From: Marsupella aquatica
Taxonomy: Eukaryota; Plantae; Marchantiophyta
NCBI GenBank assembly: GCA_973895155.1
Contig: OZ316893.1
Coordinates: 11,103,660 to 11,167,659, forward strand
Reading direction: 5' to 3'
DNA: 64,000 nucleotides
The notes under the pieces are model-generated. The model ran no database searches and was not told the DNA's origin. It saw only the letters and a list, made by a program, of their open reading frames with translations. Made by a program: the position numbers and the translations under genes. This document shows positions 1-13,479 of this stretch, piece by piece (position 1 is the first letter of the stretch; each line of letters opens with the position of its first letter).

Positions 1-839
1 ACCCCTAACTAACAACGAGTTCTAAGGACCCAAGCATGAGCACCTCATCCACCTGATCACAATGGGCTAAGGCACTTCAACTACAGACGTCTAACTAAAA
101 AGTTATGGACATAGCAAGTTAGCTTCACATCTAGTCAATCGAGTTGGACCCCAAGTAGAGGGCCAAAAATAGGGGACCAAAGTTGGTGGGAGGGGAAGAT
201 CTCTAGAAGCATATATGAGATGAGTGGTGTCTCCTAGTGGGCCATGGGCGAGCCCAAGTCGTGAAGCGCAACGGTTGCGCTACTAGCTGAAGGGAAACGT
301 CAAACAAAAACAACAACATATCATCAATGAGAAGTCCGTTCAAGGACTTCTTGGGTGTGATGGAAATCTCTCAAGTAAGGATACAACCTTCTGAGCTCAT
401 CTAGCTAGGTTTGGGGGTCCCTTTGGTCATCACAATTTTTTGGGATTTGCTCCTGCCAAATAATAGCCAAGCCACGTTAAATTTTTCATAGGAGCTTGTA
501 TTGGGGAGGCAATGCAAAGTAGACATGGGTGTTAAGGTCCAAGTGTGTTTTGCCCTTGGACTCTTGGTTGAGTCAGAGCCATGGAATTGGTTGCTAGAGT
601 CGGGGCCAAACTAGTCCCAACGTTTGGGACACGGGATGTAATTAAGCTGCAAGTAGTGGTTGCGAGTGCGGGTTGGCAACCACATCATAGGAGCTACAAA
701 TCAGGGGAGTATGATGCGAAGGCTTAGAAGCCCTTAAGTTGTGGTCGAATGGAGCCATTGACTATGGGTACGTTCCAGTGCGCAGCAGAACACAAATGAT
801 ACCTAAGAGCACTTATGTAAATAAAAACAGATAGCATGT

Positions 840-1594
840 TGTCATGAGGACTAGAAGTTAGAGGCTCCTTGGGTAAACTGTGTGTTTCTGGCTGCTACTG
901 GGACAAGCGACAAGCACTTTTCGGAGTGAACTCTCACTCCTTTATTTTCTTTTACTTTTCTCTCAATGGTTACAATGGGTTCCCTTGAGTAAGCTTGCTC
1001 GCAAGAGTCTGGTAGCTGGCCCTACGGCAGGCCGCTACCTCTAACTTGTCAAGCTCAACTCTTCAAGTGGCTATCTACTCAAAATTTGACGGAAAAACTC
1101 TCCTCCTTAGCTCACAAACTCCAAAACTGACTAGCTACTTGACTAGTCCTAACCTAGCTTACAAGAAACTCGGGCCTGGACCAACGAGACTCCAAGCTCG
1201 AAAACCAACACCGGATCCAAAACTTGCAATGGAACACCAAAATTGCCGCACAACAGCCGAATTCTGCAGAAGGCAGCGGAACTCACAAAACAGAACATAA
1301 CATAACTCAATAGCCAACAGAGAACCCCAATGCGCCAAAGCCCAAGGCTTAAATAGCTTCCAAAACCGACCTTCCAGCCTGAGCCAGCTGCCATCAACGA
1401 GGCTCATCCAAACTCCAAGTCTGGTGAGTCACCCAAACATCAAACCTGGTAACGACGAGTCACCCAAACATCAAACTTCATCCCCATCCAACCAAGCAAC
1501 CTTTTTGAGTTAGCATGCCCGCAACTGATCAACGACGCCTCACCCATCAGCCCCTATAAAAGCCATTATCGAGCCAAAATGTTTCGGCACGACA
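840..1594 (-). repeat. 3' LTR (755 bp)
   Basis: Direct repeat of 3864-4606; TG...CA ends; adjacent PPT at 1595-1605. Confidence 0.92.
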
Positions 1595-1640
1595 TCCTCC
1601 CCCAATAGGATTGGAGCAGCCTCCGGTCTGCTCCAATCCA

Positions 1641-2640
1641 TCAGATTTCCTCTAAGTCTGAGTCTAAACTCGAGCCATGCATCTGGACCAGTTCCTCCTC
1701 TTCAAACTCACTCAAGTCAGAACTTGAGTCCATTCCCTTCTTGGTCCTCCTCTTGAAGATCTTCACCCTTTTCCCTACGTAAGGTACTTGGTGAACCGTT
1801 CCATCCAGCTCTCGAATAGTGTAGGTTGCATTCGCATGAACAGCAACCACCACATAGTTACGAACCTTGCCACCTCCGAGAAAACTTGTTTCGGCTCAAG
1901 TGTTGCTCATCCAACTTACTCTCGTAAACCAGAACCCAACCACCTTCCTTAACCAAGACAGGCCTCAATCGATGAGTCCTGTCAAACCTGGTCTTGTTCC
2001 TTAACCTTGCCATCTTCAATTCTCGGGGGTCTCACTTCCACAAAAATGGCATATCACGTGCGACGAAAGATAGGGTCATTTTATTGGTTCTAAGGGAAGA
2101 CTTAAGAATTTTTGTAGAAGAACAATAGGGTCTTTTAAATTCAATTTTGAGACTTATAAGAACATTAGGGTCTTTTTAATCCAATTTTTAGAATATTCCA
2201 AGAATATTCCAACTTTATAGGGGTTAAAAAATAAAAAAAATTCTTACATTTTAGGGGGTCCGAGGCCTAAAAACGTCGCAGGCGATGGGGAGGTCCCCAT
2301 ATAGTGAGACCCCCGAGCTTCAATTGCTTCCAAGCCACCTCAATCTTTGCAGGTAACAAGTTGAAGTGTTTGATCCTTTGAACCAGTAACTCCTCTCTCA
2401 AAAATTCATCTTTCCAACCAATCAGTTGCCAGCTACAAACATCTTCCTCTAGTAGCATCATTGGCAAGTGCCCAGTAAGTAGCTCAACCGGAACGTATCC
2501 AGTCACTGAGCTACAAGTCATCCGATCCGCTAATTAACAGAGCAAGTGGAAGAAGACTCGACCACCTGCCCAAGTCCCCATCACAAGCCTTAGCCAAAGT
2601 GCTCACAATCTGAATATGCCCCCTTTCAGATTTCTCATTG
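1641..2640 (-). pseudogene. Retroelement integrase C-terminal remnant (interrupted by a MITE)
   Basis: ORF 2267-2521 SSVTGYVPVELLTGHLP (end of integrase core) and ORF 1641-1853 VVAVHANATYTIRELDG...VKIF (GPY/F-type SH3-like C-terminal domain). Confidence 0.75.
2022..2317. mobile_element. MITE (296 bp) of the P-like family, nested in the LTR element
   Basis: Perfect 15-bp TIR CTCGGGGGTCTCACT/AGTGAGACCCCCGAG; perfect 8-bp TSD CTTCAATT (2014-2021, 2318-2325); first ~110 bp resembles the 26079 end of the large element. Confidence 0.95.
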
Positions 2641-3156
2641 CCTTCCAGCTGACACTCGCTCTCTGGACTTGCTCGAGCCCAATACCCATCTCGGTAAGCA
2701 TAAGGTTTTGTTCCCTTTTATCGAGCCCATGACATGAATGGTCCTCGATTGCGCAATAATGCCTTCTTGCTCTTCCCTTTCAACCGGTTCCCTGTTTGCC
2801 ACAGACTCAGCTTCATTTCTAGTTCCCATGAGCTCCTCTTTCGCATCGAAGAACTCATCGTCCAAGTCCACTAGCTCCTCTTCCGCATCCAAGAACTTGT
2901 CGTCCAAGTCCACTAGCTCCGAATAGACACTGATGAACTCATCACAATCCATGAGCTCCCCTCCAAGGAACTTGACCCTCTTTGGCTTCCCCAAGTCTAA
3001 CTCTTCGGGGTCAGCAAGCCCTCTTCCTGAATCCATGGACACCCCAGCAGTATAGGTTTGGAAACTCCCTATTTCCGTCTTGCCAGCCTCCCCCATCAAG
3101 GTGTGAGGGCCTTCTTTGTAAATCCGTTTCCTCTTGGATCTCTCTAAAATCGCTTC

Positions 3157-3871
3157 CTAGATCTCTTGCCTCATGCTACCAAAGAACTCAACATTGGTAA
3201 ACCCTTGAGCATGTTGGCTCCAGAACTTCTCAGCTACAACCTCTGGGTACATAGTCTGGTCAAAATCCCTGCCTAGCACCCATCCCCGATCCTTTTTTAT
3301 TTGCTTCCCTTTTCCCGGCTCTTTCTCACTCATTTCCTCATCTTCGAACCTGACCCTCCTTTCCTTGTCTTGCGTATCCCACCTCTCTCGTTCCCCTGAT
3401 TGAGACGGAGTGTCATCCTCATCGGTCTTCTTCCTTTTTGACTTGACCGAGGCATCCCAACTAGCCCCAACCTCAACAATTATTGCATTGATCAGCACTG
3501 GATCACTCCATCTGGATCTCTCTCGCACCAGATCCGCCAAGCACCGTCGAACTCAACTCCTTCTCAACCAGCACCATGAACTCTTTCACCGCCGTCCCTT
3601 CGTCCAACTTGTAGACAACGGCCTCTGTCAAGTAAGAATTCAGGTAGCTTGTGACATTCCTCCCATCGAACTGCCCATTCTCCTTCAAAACCTCTTGGAG
3701 ACACCAAGTAGTTATATTTGCTTCCCTGTTCGCCCTTTCCGCCTCAAGCTCTTCCTTCCTTATGGCTCTCATCATCGACATGACGATGCCCGAAATCCGA
3801 TCGACTTTGTCATAGTCACCATCTTGTCCAATCGCCCCAAGGAATCCCCAGTATGGTCGCCAATGTCGCAA
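3157..3871 (-). pseudogene. gag-like remnant
   Basis: Frameshifted ORFs 3503-3871 (FDGRNVTSYLNSY, gag-like) and 3157-3540, directly downstream of the PBS. Confidence 0.65.
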
Positions 3872-4606
3872 GGACTAGAAGTTAGGCGCATCTCTGGCTG
3901 CAACTAGGATAGGCGACAAGCACTTTTCGAAGCGAACTCTCACTCCTTTATTTTTTTTAACTTTTCTCTCAATGGTTACAATGGGTTCCCTTGAGTAAGC
4001 TTGCTCGCAAGAGTCTGGTAGCTGGCCCTACGGCGGGCCGCTACCTCTAACTTGTCAAGATCAACTACTCAAGTGGCTATCTACTCCAAATCTGACGGAA
4101 AAACTCTCCTCCTTAGCTCACAAACTCCAAAACTGACTAGCTACTCGACTAGTCCTAACCTAGCTCACAAGAAACTCAGCCCTGGACCAACGAGACTCCA
4201 AGCTCAAGAACCAACACCGGATCCAAAACTCGCAGCGAAACACCAAAAATGCCACACAACAACCAAATTTCGCAGAAGGCAGCGGAACTCACAGAACAGA
4301 ACATAACATAACATAACTCAATAGCTAATAGAGAACCCCAATGAGCCGAAGCCTAATGCTTAAATAGCTTCCAAAAACCAACCTTCCAGCCTGAGCCAAC
4401 TGCTATCAGCGAGGCTCATCCAAACTCCAAGCCTGGTGAGTCACCCAAACATCGAACCTGGTGACGACGAGTCACCCAAACATCATACCTCATCCCCATC
4501 CAACCAAGCAACCTTTCCGAGTCAGCATGCCCGCAACTGATCAGCAACGCCTCGCCCATCAGCCCCTATAAAAGTCATTCTCGAGTTGAAATGTTTCAGC
4601 ACGACA
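3864..4606 (-). repeat. 5' LTR (743 bp)
   Basis: Direct repeat of 840-1594; adjacent PBS at ~3845-3862. Confidence 0.92.
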
Positions 4607-5133
4607 ACGTCCCTTCTTGCCCAAACCCTCAATACTAACAAAGTACATTGCATTTAAGGTGGAATCCGGTTAAGGACTAAACTTTTGGTGTGACAATTTG
4701 ATTTCTTGGCGTATATATGTTTCATTCAATGATATGCAAAGATCTCCCATGTACATTCAAGTTCCTTATCAGAGTAGGTTGATTTCCTCAAGGACAAGTA
4801 ATATTCTTTATGATCAAGGTCGAAGTCATACCTAGAGTCATACATGCTTTGCATGGCCGGACTGAACTTTACCTCATATTCAGGAAAGTTTGGAAGAGAT
4901 GCACACTAGTCCTTAGGAAAACAAGAAAGTTGTGCTCTCTGAAGCTAGGACAAGATATGAACATGACTAGTGCTAGAAAGGGTTGGATTTCATGCAGGTG
5001 CAAACCCTTTCAGCAATGCAAAGTGGCCTGGGACTTTCAAATTTAGTGGAAGGCTCATGTGATACTAGGTAGTAAGGAGTCATAAATCACAAGCACATGA
5101 TTCATTTGAACTAGTGACATCTATCTGGTCAAG

Positions 5134-8100
5134 ATGCCTCCTCAATTGATAAAGACTGAGGATACTTGCCTCACTACAAATGAGGCATGGCAAAGTGCAG
5201 CACGACAAATGCGAACAGAGGAAATGGTGACTTTCGTCAATACACCTGACTCAGAGGAAGGCTACCCTTTCTTGAAATCAGAGTTGTGCCATCTTCATTT
5301 ATTTAAGCATAAAGTGAACCCTAATGTTCATCCTCAAAGCCCCTACATCGTCACTCAAGCATTTGGAAACTTCATGTTCTCAAAACTAGTAAGCACATTT
5401 ACATAAATATGCTTGTTACAGTCAGAATTCTTAGTCTGTCCATGGGGACATTTCCTTAGTTTCCATTATAGATATCATTATGAAACCTAAATATTTTATG
5501 GTGAATTGAGACATTAAGGCATGAACATTCTGATCAGTCACAATAAAGAGTCAATATCTTCTATTCTTGATTATTTGAAAGTTGATGGAATGAGATTATG
5601 ACGATTCATACAGTTGACTTTGTCTAAATGGGATATGAATGTAATGATCACTGGAACTAGTTTTCAATTTGAATAAAGATCCAGGAGTTTTGTTTTTCAT
5701 AAGTGTAAATGCCAGAAATCACAAAAAGAATGTAATTATAACTTTAGTTTGATGTTAGATTGAGGACAGTCGTAGGAAACAATTGGAAGCTGGCATGCTA
5801 GCTAGGATTACCTTGGTCCAGGAGGGGCAAAAGAAATAAGTGGTTGTATTGTGCAACATTTTTATTGCTAAAATGACGTTTCCTGGTCAGCTTCAATCAT
5901 ACAAGTCTCAGGAAGTATGGTCCCAAAAAGAGAAGTGAAAATCACTTGACTGGTTACCCCCTATCATCAGGTTCATAATAAGATGAACTTACTCTTGAGA
6001 TTCATGTGTCTGGCTGAAGCAGGAGCTGAAACACTCACAAGTCTAATATTCTCATGTTTGAATAATTTGCATATATAGGCTTTCCTCATATATCAGTTTA
6101 GGCCAAACACCAATTCTCTGAGCATGCATGTGGTATTAAGGGTTGTATTGACATTGAGTAGGTGCGAACACTCAGGGAGAAGGACTTAATTGTCCGTCAA
6201 AAGTCTGTAACATGGTGTGTAGAGTTGATGAGCGTGGGTGAAAATCGTGCGCGATGTGTGCTTGCAGGTATATGATTGTTTGAAGTTTTGTTCCAACACA
6301 AGAACTAGAAAGACTCATTCATGTTTTGATAAATCTCCTAGAACAAAGTCTATCTCATGTTCTTGTGGGATTATTTAATGGACCTTGAATATGTGAACTT
6401 ATTCAGTGTCTTCGTCTTTGCCACTAATGAACAAAGATGATTTGTTCCTTCTAATATCTTCTGTGGGAGAGAAGGGTTGCTTGATAAACAAATTGTTCTA
6501 ATTCCAGACAATTTATAAACACGTCTCCCTGTATGTCTCCAAACTCATTGCAGTTTGTTTTGAAACTTGGGCTCACCTTGCTTATTTCTGGAATAAAATA
6601 AAGTTACTTAATACATTGTTTGATTAGAGTCTTCAATAAAATGACACATTAAGTTGTATCTATTCCAGGGATTGTACCAATATTAGCAGACATGGTACAA
6701 GAGAAGGATATGTATATAAGACAGCAACTTGCACTTTGCTTCAAACACCTTGCTGAAGGTACAATTGTGTTCACATGTTTCATTGCACTGCCCTTTACTC
6801 AAACAATTGGGATTCTTTGAGCCTTAGTTCCACACATGCAGGGCAGGAATATATTTTGTGGGTCTATTGTTCATTTTCCCACATCTGACTATTTGTTTTT
6901 TAAAGTCATCACTTCCTTATGCAGTTTTCTTTACTATTGTACGTGCAGCGGGTCAAGAAATTTGTGATTTAATGTGCTTTCTTCATGTGGTTAAAGGACT
7001 CATTCTGATGGTACTTCTTGGACCCCTTACATTATTCAGAAGCACTAAATGAGGAAGTGAAATCTTCTGATCCACTAAAAGTGAACTCAGTGTTTACTCT
7101 TGCTCATACTAAGCATTCAAAAGTCTTGACCCATGTATAAAGGGCATGCTAAACTCACCCATGATCCACTAAAAGCAAAGGGTCGGTAAGGCCAAGGAGG
7201 CATGCTTAGATGATTAGTTCAAATTAATATAAACGCTTATCATCCCTGCTACATCAACAAGGCTTATTTTGGGGCAGATTTAATGGCATGTTTCAAATTG
7301 TGTGGGTAGATTATGGAAATTGTTAACTTTGCAATGACCAGATGAGAGTGAAATACATTGATTATCTGAAAGGCTAGAACAAATCACTACCTTTTCTGAC
7401 ACTGGAAAAAGTGAGACATGGGTACCAAAATTCTTTCATATCAATTTTGCCTCTCCCCTTCACTTTCTCTTTGCAAGTAAGACATACACAAAACAATCAA
7501 ACACTTCAAGATCCTGTGAATCATGAGCATTTCAAAGACTTTGGGAAAGCTGGCAATACATTGATTCCCAATTTGGAAGAACCTCAGATGGACAAGCTAG
7601 ACTACTGTAGATTGAATGAAATCAGTGTAATTATAACTCTTTTTGACTGTCTAGAGTACTTGGTGCAAAGCAATGGATTGATCTAAGCTAAAACCAATCT
7701 CAGTATAAGTACTCTATGGATATTGGATTTTTTGCAGGTTGGCAATGATAATCTAATCCTAAGAGGGAATGCATTGCAAGCTCTTGAAGCCCTATGCGCC
7801 ATATCTCAGACAGGTTTGATCCCTTCTTCTGAGCAACTATTTAGCTTAAACTGGAGGAAGTTCACAACAGTCATTTAAAAGACAACATAGGGCTTCTCTT
7901 TCTTTCCTAGCTTGAGAGATCTCTGACAATGTAATCATGATGTTTTTCTCTTGTGATTCCTATTCTTAACTGACAGTGAGGAAAGAATTAATGAAAGGAG
8001 GGAAGACATTGCGCTACATCCTAAAAATAATAAAGGAGGAGTATGATATAAAGTGTACCATATGGGCTTTGGAAGTCTTGTCAAAATGTATATCGTGTGG

Positions 8101-10770
8101 AAACTACGATGAAAAGGCATTGGTGGAGCTTCTGCAAGTGGATGCAGTGACAGTCGCACTCTCCCTTATTCAAAGTCCATTTAGGGAACTCCAAGAGTCA
8201 GCTTGCCGGTTTTTATGTTTGTTATGGTTTGTAGGCACTACCTTCCTAGTAAGCCATTTGTGTATTCCATTTTAGATCAACTGAGGGGTCCATTGAGTCT
8301 GCTTCAAGGTTTGGGTATGATAGATACTACTATAATAATCTGATTAAGTTAATTCTACTGCAAAATATTGTCATTTTGAAAACAAGGTCAGTTTTATTGT
8401 ATTCTATTAGAAAGTAGAAATGACTCCATGCTCTAGAAAATAGACTACATTTGAGATGTTTCAATTAACAATAAGAATTAAGTTTAGGCTACACTAATTT
8501 TATATATTAAGATAATCAATATAAGACACTAGTTACTCTTGTGCAGGTAGTCTATCCTTTGTTATATAATGACTTGGAGTTTGGGATATTTTCATAGGAC
8601 TCTCCATTGTCAATATTGACAAGGAAGTTTGTAATGTAAAATAACAAACACAACTGAGCTACTCAGTTGGTGAAAATGGTGGATTGGTTGACTCTTTGGT
8701 CCCAAATGGAATGCCTTGCATCAGTTTCACCTTGTACTTTCAACTTGAGTCTGGGGTGACAGGATCCAGGACCCTGTCTTCGAGCTCTCACAAAAGTGAG
8801 GGTATGTTTCAGTCACAAAGTGGCAGGGGGTCATTTGTCATACACAAGTGAGCCCCATGCTCAGTTCAACAACGGAAGTCTGTAAACCACATATGAGAAA
8901 ATAAGCATATTTTTAGCGTTATATGCAAAAAAATTTAAAGTGTCAAAAGTAAATAATGTATTAAAAATGTTTTATAATGTATTTTATAAATTAAAAAGAC
9001 CATTAGAAGTAGAAATAAAAATATTTCTCAAATACTAAATTTATAACATACTTTCACACATGGTTCCCCAAATATACAGTTAACTAACCCAGGAAAAGGC
9101 TTTCTAAAATAGACTCAGACAAGTACTTCAGTCACACACAATTTAAAAGTTTAGAGTGTTAACTTGCAGAAATTAAAGCCATTCACTCACTTTCAAGAAT
9201 TCATTCTCAAGTGCATCCTACACTTTCTGAAGTGGTGTACCAGAAAGGTGCAGTGACTTTAGGATTGTCTATGAGCTTGTAACTTCCACAAATTTCTCAG
9301 ATGGGACTTGTAATCATTCCCTGTGAACAAAATGAGAACTTGCTCCACTAAATGATCTTAATAACATCTTTTTACAGCCCAGAGAGGCATGGCTGCGTGG
9401 TAGCTCACTTGAGTAGTGACTCATAGGTCTTGGGTTCAAAAGTTATGACTCACTGATCCCTTTCTGTGGGGTTTCACAGATTTCCCCTTAAATTTTAAAA
9501 TAAAATAAAATAAAATATTTTTACGCTTGTACTCTCCAAGAGATATAGGAGCACCAAGAATTCCCCCTGGAATGTTCTATGAAATGAGGAGAATTAAGAT
9601 ACAAGCCATTACTTGGGGTGAGTCATTTGGGTGAATCAGCATAGCACGGACTAAGTAAACTTTCAGAACACTTCGACATAAAACATTCCCTGATTGTGGG
9701 TTTGGTGATGGTTACAACTATCTTCAGCTCCCACTATTTAACTCACTTTCTGGTTTGCAGCATGCATAAAGATGGTAAAAGATATGCAGTGGAAGAGAAG
9801 GCAGTGGAGTTACTGGTTCCTATGCTAAATGACATTGAGCCAAGAGTACAAGCATTTGCTTGTGCTGCACTCTGTTGGTATGTTGTTCATCACCTCCTAG
9901 ATAGTTAATTTGTGAAATAATTTTCTGTTGAGTGAAAGGTCCAGCTTGGACAATTGTAGACCACAGTTGTTACAGCTACATTGAGAGCATTCTAATGTTT
10001 CATACCTCGGACTGCAGCATAACCATTGAAATTCAAGGGAAGAAAGATTTTGTCCTTTGTGAAGGGATTCCAATTATCTTGAGAATACTCAACCTCACTG
10101 ATGAGCAACTTTGCTTATTTGATATTGCGGTTAGTCACTTGTACCTGAACACCATGACACAACTACAAGTTTTTCACATATCAGGGAAGTTGATGATGGA
10201 AAGCGTAGGATCTAAATTGGAACATCAGTTGTGAAAGAAGTTAGGACTTCATTAGGCAAGAAAACGGCAACAAGATTTTCTCAAGGCTCCATGGCATGGA
10301 TTCAACTTAACACAAGTCTCAATGTAGACTATTTCATCAATTTACTCTTTTACTTGCACACCCTTGGAATGAATTGTATTGGAATCTTACATGATCAATG
10401 CACTGGTGTGGCTAAATTTGATTTGTGTGGCACTTTTACTCTGCAGCTCTTGATTAATGTGGCCGAATATCCTATGGCAAGGTCTGAATTGTTCAAGCAG
10501 GGCTTGATTTTGTTACGATGTATTGTGAAGGAGTCAACTTCTCCATTGATGAAGAAGCGAGCTAAATTAGGCTTGCAGCAATTGCATTTCAAGCATCTCC
10601 CTCATATCTTCCCTTATGATAAACTGGACAAGTTATATTTGAAGGAAACTCGGTTTATTGATCACAAGGTTTCTTTGCCAGCTGATGCAGAGCTACGTGC
10701 CCCCTCGCCAGCATCCCCAACGTTTGCTAAAAGTTTTTCACCTCCAAGGGCTGTGAGGCATACCATATGA
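5134..10770 (+). CDS. RSPH14: Radial spoke head 14-like (RSP14/RTDR1) armadillo-repeat protein, 9 exons
   Basis: In-frame GT-AG exons ~5134-5388, 6162-6267, 6669-6758, 6949-7010, 7738-7813, 7977-8226, 9760-9877, 10018-10129, 10447-10770. Peptides IVTQAFGNFMFSKL|VRTLREKDLIVRQKS, GKRYAVEEKAVELLVPMLND, ITIEIQGKK and LINVAEYPMAR follow the RSPH14 ARM pattern as recalled. Confidence 0.8.
9377..9516 (+). mobile_element. tRNA-derived SINE in an RSPH14 intron
   Basis: A-box-like TGGTAGCTCA, B-box-like GGTTCAA, (TAAAA)n tail; second copy at 26638-26780. Confidence 0.75.
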
Positions 10771-11449
10771 TTCAATCATATTGTCAAAACATTTTGAGGA
10801 GAGCAAGATCTATGCGAATGAGATAGCAATTCTCCTGCCTTTTTGCAACCTGAATTTGACAGCCACTTAACAAAACCAACATCAATTATGACACCCAGTT
10901 TGCCTGATGAAGTATGACAAGCAGGAAGCACTGATGGAACAGACTCTCACTGACAAATGCTCTTGGCAATATAAGGAGCCTACCAGCTTAACTATCACCT
11001 CTCACAGGCAGCCTCAAAAATAAAAGACCATGTCTTCCAAAATTGGATAACCATTTTCTAAGCTTGGAGGAGGTGTTATAATTTGCAAATTGATGACAGC
11101 AAACAGTTTTAAGCGTAGATGGAGGAGATCTTGCATTGACCAAGAAGCTATGTTGTGCTAATGCTGCCATATTGCATGCCAGATTGTGAGAATAACTTTG
11201 GACAAACTTACTTTTGGCCAAATTCATATTCTTTTCATTCAACGGCTAGTGTTTGCTTATAAGAAGCAAGCTAATGTAGCTCATGAGAAATACCAACGAA
11301 TAAGGGCAAACCTGTAGTCTTTTGGCTTGACAAGTTTCAGTTTTGCCTGGAATATGTACCTAGCTAGGGATGGTTTCCTTTCTTTTCCTACTGGAGTTTT
11401 TGCCTTGTAAATTGAATGTCACTTGCCCCTAATTGGGGGCACGTGGACT

Positions 11450-13140
11450 TCAAAATTAGTTCACTTAATTCTTCTTTCTACCAGGAATTCATTGCCTCCT
11501 CCTACAAATCTGTCCTTTTGCCAAAACTTGGGTCCCAACCTTTTTGAATTGAACTGAATTGAATAAAAGCCAGAGTTCCCCTCACAAGGCACTACTACTT
11601 ATTGTGAGATCATAGCAGTTCCTTCAGGTCAGTTGTAGATGATTGCTCACACTTCCCCTCATGAAGCACCGTGCTATGCTCATAGAGGCGTTCAGCAGAT
11701 GCAACCAGCTTTGTGTAGAATTCTTTCATGCATCTCATCTACTAAGATCTATGAGACTTCTTGACTTTGATTAAGGTCCACTTTTGCTCTCTCCAACATA
11801 ATAACCTGGTTCAATTTTGCACTTGCTCTTTGTAAAGGCTCTCTGCACTGGAAATAATTGCATCTGGAAGGCCATGTTTCCTTGCTACATCTCAAAGCTA
11901 AGGTCACTCTACTTGAGGGTCGTCAGCTCTCCATGATGGGTAGTTGCCAGAGTTAACATGGATCCACCAGCTACTACCCCTTCTGCTGGGTTTTTGCCTG
12001 CGCTTAACTCATCCAACAACACCAATGACTGCTATGTTGATTTTGAAATGATAGTATTACGTTTTATGCAAGTCAAGTGCCTTGAGAATGGTCAAAAAAG
12101 TGACTGACCCAATGATTGCTTGTCACCAATATGACTGTGCGAAACCTGTGTCAAATCATGTTTTGTATACTAGATCCATGGCAAGCACATGATAAAGACC
12201 AACTTTGGCCATCAAAACTACCAGACCGGCAACCTTTATAATTGCTGTTTTTCCTCCAACATTGGGATCAGTGATTGCCACCACCCTAGTATGTGAACTT
12301 ATACGACCATCTGTGATGGCCCGGTATATGGGCCCTAGGGCTCTTTCTTTTGCTGCTGCAGTTTCCGCCTCTGCAATTACAATTTTCACTTAATCTAGAG
12401 TAGCCGTGGTTGAAGTGCCCCTTACCCTTGTCCTACTCAACAACTTTGTCTACCCCTTCAACTTGGCTTTGGCCTCTCAGGGGCTTCACTCTAAAGGGGG
12501 TCTCATGACACGCTCAACATTTTTAGCTATTAAACACCCTAAAAAATAGGAAAAAGTTTTTTAAAGCTATTTGTCTACCCCTATTTTTCTAGAATATTCT
12601 AAAAATATTCCCAAAATTCATTTCTAAAACGTTCTCTTCTCTTAGAATTCTCAAAATTGGATTTTAAAAACCCTAATGTTCTTCTACATAAATTTAAAAG
12701 TATTTTTCTCAACCCAATAAACAAACCCTATATTTACTTTCACATGATGGGTAGAAAGGAAATAAGTGAAGACCCCAGGTTTGGCCTTATGTACTGCATG
12801 ATGGTATTGCTCAGATACCAGCAGAGGATGCCAAAGATTTTCCAGGTTCATGCATGAGCAACTGATGGTCCTGATTTCCATCAACATCATCTTTCAATTT
12901 TTTGGTTCCATGATTTCTAGCTGTCAACAAGTTCAGTTTTTGGCCACCAATCCATGGACTGTACTTTCCATGAAGTGCCATGACATCCCTGATGACATCA
13001 AGCCACACAATTATCTCAAGAACAAAGTTGATATTATAGAATTGAGACCCAACCTTTGAAGCAATCCCAGATAATTCAGCTCACTCGGCCCCACGCTAGG
13101 CTCAAGCAACCTTGAGATTGGTTGTGATAGAATTTTTTTG
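11450..13140 (-). pseudogene. MUTS2: MutS2 (plant MutS2B-like) pseudogene fragment
   Basis: RVVAITDPNVGGKT..K..GL..LMAKVGLY (degenerate Walker A GPNxGGKT), then IGDKQSLGQSL, SLVLLDELSAGKNPAEG (Walker B), ATTHHGELTTLK and ARKHGLPDAII; many stops and frameshifts; interrupted by a MITE. Ends approximate. Confidence 0.85.
12476..12779. mobile_element. MITE (304 bp) of the P-like family
   Basis: Degenerate TIRs CTCAGGGGCTTCACT / AGTGAAGACCCCAGG; perfect 8-bp TSD TTTGGCCT (12468-12475, 12780-12787). Confidence 0.88.
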
Positions 13141-13176
13141 CCTTTGGATTCCTTGAGGAAACTAAGGAGCGATTCC

Positions 13177-13479
13177 CTCGGGGCCACACTCCAAGGGAGG
13201 TACCACGTCATGCGCAAAGTTTTCAAATAATAAACACCCAAAAACTTAAGAAAAGAAAAGAAAAGAAATTATATTTAACCCCTAACTTTATAGAATATTC
13301 TAGGGATATTTTCAAATTTGGTATTAAAACCTTGTAGTTTTTTTTATAATCCACAAAATTGGATCAAAACGTCCCTATTTTCTTCAACAATTTTTTTAAA
13401 GTCTTACACCCAATTGAATTAAAAACACGCTAACTTCTTCACGCACGATGGTCAAAAGAAAAGAAGTGCGAACCCTGGG
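13177..13479. mobile_element. MITE (~303 bp) of the P-like family, older copy
   Basis: Termini CTCGGGGCCACACT ... AGTGCGAACCCTGGG; internal similarity to the 12476 and 2022 copies; TSD decayed (5/8). Confidence 0.75.

Larger units (their letters stand above)
840..4606 (-). mobile_element. Internally deleted (non-autonomous) Ty3/gypsy LTR retrotransposon
   Basis: Two diverged direct repeats 840-1594 and 3864-4606, each TGTC...GACA; flanks ATGT/ACGT (4-bp TSD, one mismatch). PBS-like TGGCGACCATACTGGGGA on the minus strand next to the 3864 LTR; PPT (TTGGGGGAGGA, minus) next to 1594. Gag-like and integrase C-terminal fragments inside; no RT/RNase H seen. Confidence 0.92.

Noticed and set aside
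3410-3907. 165-aa plus-strand ORF, and LTR ORFs 1046-1300 and 4052-4306
   Set aside because: Antisense shadow of gag, or incidental ORFs in LTR sequence
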